Assembly (NCBI GenBank): GCA_965242725.1
Contig: CBDESZ010000004.1
Coordinates: 320,001 to 384,000 of the forward strand
Direction: 5' to 3'
Source: Alkalispirochaeta sp.
Lineage (GTDB): Bacteria > Spirochaetota > Spirochaetia > DSM-27196 > Alkalispirochaetaceae
DNA length: 64,000 nucleotides
Shown here: positions 58,579-64,000 of the stretch, piece by piece
Layout of the letters: every line of letters begins with the position of its first letter
Position numbering within the stretch: the stretch's first letter is position 1
The notes under the pieces: generated by a model
The model's database searches: none
What the model was told of the DNA's origin: nothing
What the model saw: the letters and a program-made list of their open reading frames with translations, nothing else
Made by a program: the position numbers and the translations under genes

Positions 58579-60381
58579 ATGGTGAGCGATACGGCGGCGG
58601 CGCCACCCTCGGGCGGGGCGTTTCAGGGATTGAAGGAAGGGCTGCGCCGGGTACGGGCGCGGGACATCCGGCTGTGGAGCGGGCTGGTGATGATGGCGTT
58701 CGTCACCACGCACCTGCTGAACCTGAGCCTGGGGTTGATCTCCCTCGACGCGCTGGAGGGGGGGCGGATCGCCTTCCTGACGGTGTGGCGCGCCGAGCCG
58801 ATATCAATCCTGCTGTTCGCGTCGATCCTGAGCCATATCGGGCTGGGGCTATGGGCGCTGTACCAACGGCAGACGTTGCGGATGCGGCCGTCGGAGGCGG
58901 CGCAGTTGGTGCTCGGCCTGCTGATCCCGTTCCTGCTGGTGCCGCACATCATCGGTACGGCGATCGCGGCGCGGTCGTTCGGGATGGACGACAGCTATTT
59001 GCTGATCATCAATAGCCTATGGGTCGACGGGCGCAACCACGGGCTGATGCAGGTGACGGCGACGATCGTGGTGTGGGCGCACGGCTGTATCGGCGTGCAC
59101 ATGTGGCTGCGGCTGAAGCCGTGGTACCGGCGTTGGCAATCGGTGCTGTACGGCGGGGCGCTGTTGCTGCCGGTGGTGTCGCTGCTGGGCTACGTGTCGG
59201 CGGGGCGGCGGGTGGCGGCACTGGCGGCGCAGGAGGGCTGGCGCGAGGCGCTGTGGCTGGCGTCGAACGCGCCCGACGCAGACGGGTTGGCGTCACTGGC
59301 GGCAACGGGGCAGACCCTGACGGCGATCAGCGCCGGGCTGATCGTCGTGACCCTGGCCGGGCGGGGGGTGCGCAAGGCGGTGCAGGCGCGGCGCGGCGTG
59401 GTGCGAGTGAGCTATCCCGAACGGCGGCAGGTGTCGATGGTCAAGGGGCCGACGATCCTGGACGCGAGCCGGGCCAACAACATTCCCCATGCCCACGTGT
59501 GCGGCGGCCGGGGGCGGTGTTCGACGTGCCGGGTGCGGGTGATCGAGGGCGGCGAGAACCTGAGCGAGGCGTCGGCGGACGAGCAGAAGGTGCTGCGCCG
59601 GGTGAGCGCGGCGCCGGACGTGCGGTTGGCGTGCCAGGCGGTGCCGCTGGGCGACGTCACGGTGGCGCCGCTGCTGCCGGCGGACGCGAGCGCGCGGAAG
59701 GGCCACGCCCAGACGGCGGCGATGCGCGGGCAGGAGCGGGAAATCGCGATCATGTTCGTCGACATCCGCAAGTTCACGACGCTGTCGGAGAAGAAGCTGC
59801 CGTACGACGTGGTGTTCATCTTGAACCGATACTTCGCGGGGATGGGCGAGGCCATCGAGGCGGCCGGCGGGCACGTGGACAAGTTCATCGGCGACGGGGT
59901 GATGGCGCTGTTCGGGATCAACGAGCGGCCGATGGCGGCGTGCGCGCAAGCGCTGAACGCGGCGCGGGCGATCTCGGAGAAGCTGGACAGCCTCAACGGC
60001 CTGCTGGCGAGCGACTTGCCGGCGCCGTTGCAGATCGGCATCGGCATTCACTCGGGGCCGGCGATTGTCGGCGAAATGGGCTACCGGGAAGCGACGTCGG
60101 TGACGGCGATCGGCGACGCGGTCAACACGGCGAGCCGGCTGGAGGCGGTGACCAAGGAATACGGCGCTCAGCTGGTGGTGTCGCAGCACGTGGCCGACAT
60201 GGCGGACGCGGACCTGTCGGCGTATCCGAGCGCGGCGCAGGAGATCCGCGGCCGGGTCGAACCGCTGACGGTGCGGATCGTGGCCGACGCCAGCGAACTG
60301 CCGGCGGTGGCGGTGCCAACGCGCCGCCGACGGGCGCGCGGGGGGCAACGCGACCAGAGGGCGCCCGAGACCGCGTCATGA
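58579..60381 (+). CDS. CyaC-like adenylate cyclase (His-containing membrane domain + 2Fe-2S + class III cyclase)
   Basis: TM His residues (THLLN, SHIG, PHIIG, AHGC); 'CGGRGRCSTC...RLACQ'; 'DIRKFT', 'DKFIGDG', 'GDAVNTASRLE'. Confidence 0.88.
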   Translation: MVSDTAAAPPSGGAFQGLKEGLRRVRARDIRLWSGLVMMAFVTTHLLNLSLGLISLDALEGGRIAFLTVWRAEPISILLFASILSHIGLGLWALYQRQTLRMRPSEAAQLVLGLLIPFLLVPHIIGTAIAARSFGMDDSYLLIINSLWVDGRNHGLMQVTATIVVWAHGCIGVHMWLRLKPWYRRWQSVLYGGALLLPVVSLLGYVSAGRRVAALAAQEGWREALWLASNAPDADGLASLAATGQTLTAISAGLIVVTLAGRGVRKAVQARRGVVRVSYPERRQVSMVKGPTILDASRANNIPHAHVCGGRGRCSTCRVRVIEGGENLSEASADEQKVLRRVSAAPDVRLACQAVPLGDVTVAPLLPADASARKGHAQTAAMRGQEREIAIMFVDIRKFTTLSEKKLPYDVVFILNRYFAGMGEAIEAAGGHVDKFIGDGVMALFGINERPMAACAQALNAARAISEKLDSLNGLLASDLPAPLQIGIGIHSGPAIVGEMGYREATSVTAIGDAVNTASRLEAVTKEYGAQLVVSQHVADMADADLSAYPSAAQEIRGRVEPLTVRIVADASELPAVAVPTRRRRARGGQRDQRAPETAS

Positions 60382-61100
60382 TCGTGCTGTTCACCGACTT
60401 CGGCCGCGACGGGCCGTATGTCGGGCAAATGCACGCGGCGGTACGGGCGGTGACGCCGGACGCGACGATCATCGACCTGATGCATGACGCGCCGGTCAGC
60501 AACCCGCGGCTGGCGGCGTATCTGTTGGCGGCGTATGTGGGGCCGATGGCGGGCGCAAAGGTGTTCGTTTGCGTCGTCGACCCGGGGGTCGGCGGGGCGC
60601 GGGCGCCGGTGGCGCTGAACGCCGACGGCATTTGGTACGTGGGGCCGGACAATGGGCTGCTGGCGGTGGTGGCGCGGCGGGCGGCGGACGCCGCGTGGCA
60701 CGACATCGCCTGGCGGCCGGCGGTGATGAGCGCGACGTTTCACGGGCGCGACCTGTTCGCGCCGGTGGCAGCGCAGATCGCCACCGGAACGCTGACGGAG
60801 CTGCGGCCACGGGACGGCGGCGCGGTGGGCGAGGACTGGCCGGACGACCTGGCGGCGGTGTGTCAGATCGACCGGTTCGGCAACGTGATCACCGGCACGC
60901 GGGCGGCAATGGTCGACCGGGACGCAGTGGTGACGGTGGGTGGCAAACGGCTGCGCTATGCCCGGACGTTCGGCGAGGTGCCTACCGGGGAGCCGCTGTG
61001 GACGGAGAACGCCAACGGCCTGCTGGAGTTGGCGGTCAATCAGGGGCGGGCAGACGTGGTGCTGGGCCTGGGGCTAGGCGACGGCATCGTCGTCGGCTGA
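60378..61100 (+). CDS. SAM hydrolase/halogenase (DUF62) family protein
   Basis: 'LFTDFG..GPYVGQM', 'VVDPGVG', 'GPDNG', 'TFHGRDLFAP', 'IDRFGN', 'LELAVNQG'; ATGA overlap with the cyclase. Confidence 0.9.
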   Translation: MIVLFTDFGRDGPYVGQMHAAVRAVTPDATIIDLMHDAPVSNPRLAAYLLAAYVGPMAGAKVFVCVVDPGVGGARAPVALNADGIWYVGPDNGLLAVVARRAADAAWHDIAWRPAVMSATFHGRDLFAPVAAQIATGTLTELRPRDGGAVGEDWPDDLAAVCQIDRFGNVITGTRAAMVDRDAVVTVGGKRLRYARTFGEVPTGEPLWTENANGLLELAVNQGRADVVLGLGLGDGIVVG

Positions 61101-61825
61101 CAAAGGGCCGAGACGCCGTTGCGGTTGTCGGCGACGTCAATGCCGAGGCTTGATGGCGCCTGGGCGAACAGCTGTTGCGCCATGGCGCAATCGCCGATCC
61201 GGAGTTCGCTCAAGATCCACGCCTGATACGCGTTTTGGGCGACGGGGCGGGCGGCCAGACCGCCGCTCATGTCGGCTAGCTCAAGGGCCTCGCTGAAGGC
61301 GGCGCGGTAGGCCGTCGGGTCGCCGCCGGCGGCGGCGAGGGCGGTGGCATAGCCCCAGGTTGCCTCGGCGCGGGCGAGAATGGTGTCGGCGCGGCGGCGG
61401 GACATGTCGAAGTACCTGACGGCGGTGCGCATGTCGCCGATTTCCATGAATTCGGACGCGAGCGCGAGGTAGTGGGAGAAGCTGAATTGATGGTCGGCGC
61501 GCTCAATAATCGTGCTGGCGTCGCTGACGAGGGCGATCTTTTCGGTGCGCAGTTGCCGGACGATGGCGCGCCCATCATGGGTGGACCCGGCGGCACTCAA
61601 CTGGCGATTGATGTCGCCGACGCGGGTGACGATTTGGGCGATGCGTTGGGTTTGCGCCAGACGCTCGGCGGCGGGGCCGGCGATTGAATGCTGCCAGGCG
61701 GCGAAACCGGCGACGGCTAGGGAAACCAACAACGCGACGACGGCGACCAGGGCGGCGGTGTGATCGCGGTGGGGTACGCGATCGACAACGCGCGCGGTCG
61801 GCGGCGTTTGGTTCGCTCGGCGCAT
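61040..61825 (-). CDS. Hypothetical membrane-anchored helical (TPR-like) protein
   Basis: N-terminal TM followed by amphipathic helical repeats; no recognised family. Confidence 0.55.
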   Translation of the reverse strand: MRRANQTPPTARVVDRVPHRDHTAALVAVVALLVSLAVAGFAAWQHSIAGPAAERLAQTQRIAQIVTRVGDINRQLSAAGSTHDGRAIVRQLRTEKIALVSDASTIIERADHQFSFSHYLALASEFMEIGDMRTAVRYFDMSRRRADTILARAEATWGYATALAAAGGDPTAYRAAFSEALELADMSGGLAARPVAQNAYQAWILSELRIGDCAMAQQLFAQAPSSLGIDVADNRNGVSALCQPTTMPSPSPRPSTTSARP

Positions 61826-61895
61826 TTCCGCGATGATCCCATCGCAAGGGGTCGGGCGCGGCCCCCGTTTGGGTGACGGTAGCTAAAAAGATATT

Positions 61896-61935
61896 GGTGG
61901 CATGTGGGTGGCAGTCGGGTGGCAGATGGCTGGCA
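61896..61935 (+). repeat. Four heptamers G(G/C)TGGCA at an exact 11-bp period
   Basis: Copies start at 61896, 61907, 61918 and 61929 in the divergent intergenic region. Confidence 0.8.
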
Positions 61936-61993
61936 AAAACGGGTGCATTCGGTCCGGGGCTGTGGTTTAGTCCGTCGCGGAAGGAGAACAAAT

Positions 61994-62419
61994 ATGGAAC
62001 AAAGAGTCAGCTTGATCACCCTGGGGGTGGCGGATTTGGCGCGAGCGAAGGGGTTTTACGAGGGTGTGTTGGGCTGGCAGGCGAAGGACGGGCCGCCGGG
62101 AGTGGTGTTCTTCGACCTGGGCGGGTTGGTGTTCGGGCTTTACCCGCACGATGCGCTGGCGGCGGAGATGGGGCTCGAGGTCGGGACCCTGGGCCGCTAC
62201 CGGGGTGGCACCCTGGCGCACAACTTGCGCAGCGAGGCGGACGTCGACGACCTGTTCGTGCGGCTGGCGCAGCGCGACGTGACGATCCTGAAGATGCCGG
62301 AGAAGGTGTTCTGGGGCGGCTACTCGGGATACTTCGCCGACCCGGACGGCCACATCTGGGAGGCGGCGTTCAATCCGTTTTGGCCGCTGGACGACGCCGG
62401 GCGGGTGTCGTTGCCTTAA
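61994..62419 (+). CDS. VOC/glyoxalase family protein
   Basis: 'SLITLGVADL', 'FWGGYSGYFADPDGHIWE'; AAGGAG RBS. Confidence 0.92.
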   Translation: MEQRVSLITLGVADLARAKGFYEGVLGWQAKDGPPGVVFFDLGGLVFGLYPHDALAAEMGLEVGTLGRYRGGTLAHNLRSEADVDDLFVRLAQRDVTILKMPEKVFWGGYSGYFADPDGHIWEAAFNPFWPLDDAGRVSLP

Positions 62420-62426
62420 CCGGACG

Positions 62427-63218
62427 TCAAGTCGCCTTCATGGCGCCGCCGTCGACGGCGATGAGGGAGCCGGTGACGTAGCTGGCCGGTTCGCCGGCGA
62501 GGAAGGCGGCGACGGCGGCGAACTCCTGGACGGAGCCATAGCGCGCGGCGGGGATTTGCGCCTTGGTGGCGGCCTCAATTTCGGCGAGGGACTGGCCGGT
62601 GCGCTCGGCGGTGGCGGCGTCGAGTTCGCCGATGCGGTCGGTGGCGATGCGGCCGGGCATGATGACGTTCATGGTGACGCCGTCGGCGGCGACGGCGAGG
62701 CTCAGGGTCTTGGACCAATTGGTGATGGCGGCGCGAATGGTGTTGGAGATGCCGAGCACCGGGATCGGCTGGCGGACGCCGGACGAGGCGACGGTGATGA
62801 CGCGGCCCCAGCCGTTGGCGCGCATGGCCGGCAGCAACCGGGTGGTGAGGGTCATCAGGCTCAAGAACATGGCCTGAAACTGGGCCTGCCAGAGGTCGGC
62901 GGCGACATCGGCGATGGGACCGGGCGGCGGGCCGCCGGTGTTGTTGACGAGGATGTCGACGCGGCCGTCGAAGGCGGCCAGGGCGGCGTCGGCCAAGGCG
63001 TCGACCTGACCGGGGTCGGCGACGTCGCAGGCGTGGGGCACGACGCGGACGCCGTGGTCGGCGGCCATGGTTTCGGCGTTGGCTTGCAGGCGGTCGAGGT
63101 TGCGGCTGGCGATCATCAGGTTGGCGCCCTCGGCCGCCAGAGCCTCGGCGATGCCGGCGCCGATGCCGCGGCTGGCGCCCAACACGAGCGCCGACTTGCC
63201 GTTTAGTCCGAGATCCAT
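62427..63218 (-). CDS. Short-chain dehydrogenase/reductase
   Basis: 'GASRGIG', 'LVNNTGGP', 'SNTIRAA', 'PGRIATDR', 'VDGG'. Confidence 0.9.
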   Translation of the reverse strand: MDLGLNGKSALVLGASRGIGAGIAEALAAEGANLMIASRNLDRLQANAETMAADHGVRVVPHACDVADPGQVDALADAALAAFDGRVDILVNNTGGPPPGPIADVAADLWQAQFQAMFLSLMTLTTRLLPAMRANGWGRVITVASSGVRQPIPVLGISNTIRAAITNWSKTLSLAVAADGVTMNVIMPGRIATDRIGELDAATAERTGQSLAEIEAATKAQIPAARYGSVQEFAAVAAFLAGEPASYVTGSLIAVDGGAMKAT

Positions 63219-63236
63219 GGCCCCTGCCCTGCTGTC

Positions 63237-63260
63237 AAAAATCCGGCGCTACGGTGCCGG
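63237..63260 (-). terminator. Probable intrinsic terminator
   Basis: Minus strand CCGGCAC-CGTA-GCGCCGG followed by ATTTTT. Confidence 0.5.
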
Positions 63261-63276
63261 GGTGACAGACGGCAAG

Positions 63277-64000
63277 TCAAGGGAAGGCGCAGCGGTCGGC
63301 GGTGACGTCGATGAAGGACTGGGCGCCGGGGGTCAGGGTAAAGCGGAACTCGCTGTCGCCGACGACGACGGAATGCTGCAGGGGCAGCACGCCGCGGGCG
63401 GTGCTGATGTCGCCGGAGATGTGGGTGAACTTGGCGGCAACGGGCAACGCCGGGTCGTACCAACCGACCAGTTCGCCGGTGCCGTCGCGGGCGGCCTCGC
63501 CGAGGGCGGTGACGGCGATGGTGTTGTCGGCAAAGCTGACGGTGTCGTTGGAGTTGGTGCCGCCGCCGGCGACGTTGGCGATGAACCGGCGGGTGGTCGG
63601 CTCGACATCGCACTGGCGCACGGGGCTGACATTGGCGATGACAAAGGCGATGCGGTCGCCGGCGACGCCGGCGTCGGCGCGGTCCTGGATCATGTCGAGC
63701 ATGTCGCGTTCGCTCGGGGTGGGAATCTGGCGGCGGACCTGGGCAAGCTCGGTGCGGGTGCGGGCCAGTTCGGCGGCCAACTCCTCGACCTGGACGCGCA
63801 GGCCCTCGGACTGCTGCAGGGTGCCGGTGAGCTGGCCTTGGAGGACGGCGACGTCCTGCTGGGCCAGATCGGTGCCGATGTCGTAGGACCAGGTGCCCGC
63901 GGCGGCGACAACGCCGATGCCGATGGCCCAACGAAACAGTGTCCAGAAATTGCGGCGCCGGCGGCGCACGCGTCCGCGTTCCTCGGACAGACCCAGGGTC
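63277..64000 (-). CDS. Hypothetical membrane-anchored coiled-coil protein; start just beyond window
   Basis: Frame is open to the window edge (TLGLSEERGRVRRRR); TM, coiled coil, and a C-terminal domain with two Cys. Confidence 0.65.
   Translation of the reverse strand, partial: TLGLSEERGRVRRRRRNFWTLFRWAIGIGVVAAAGTWSYDIGTDLAQQDVAVLQGQLTGTLQQSEGLRVQVEELAAELARTRTELAQVRRQIPTPSERDMLDMIQDRADAGVAGDRIAFVIANVSPVRQCDVEPTTRRFIANVAGGGTNSNDTVSFADNTIAVTALGEAARDGTGELVGWYDPALPVAAKFTHISGDISTARGVLPLQHSVVVGDSEFRFTLTPGAQSFIDVTADRCAFP

Noticed and set aside
1..64000. CRISPR arrays, IS elements, integrases, prophage genes, rRNA, riboswitches
   Set aside because: None seen by eye. Any TPP riboswitch of the thi ABC operon would lie in the part lost at the junction.

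Overview
The window looks like two unrelated genomes joined at about 23.07-23.09 kb. Left part (1-~23,070; moderate GC, probably a spirochaete, inferred from gene content): lolC/E-lolD-lolE, degenerate mcsA-mcsB-clpC, radC, patatin, secreted protease, ychF, an adenylate cyclase-Crp/Fnr-YgaP module, two frameshifted cation-diffusion facilitators, hicBA, tRNA-Leu(CAG) with a structured trailer, a TIGR03545/TIGR03546-like pair, a bile acid:Na symporter and a cupin. Right part (~23,070-64,000; very high GC, probably an alphaproteobacterium): it starts mid-gene in a thiamine-precursor ABC permease. It then carries a lower-GC arabinofuranosidase/sugar ABC block, a 908-aa PNPOx-MOSC-FNR-ferredoxin fusion, atm1, an uncharacterised CxxCH protein and DctB/DctD (DctD lacks GAFTGA) with a TAXI-TRAP transporter. 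After that come a cox/xdh-type cluster with no large subunit, interrupted by ydbH-ynbE-ydbL, and a CyaC-like redox adenylate cyclase. I saw no CRISPR array, integrase, transposase or recognisable anti-phage operon. The best candidates for new biology are the putative McsB pseudokinase module, the MOSC fusion, the sigma54-independent DctD with paired binding sites, the cox cluster without coxL, the tRNA-antisense trailer and a four-copy heptamer array with 11-bp phasing. All family calls come from recognising motifs by eye, not from database searches.
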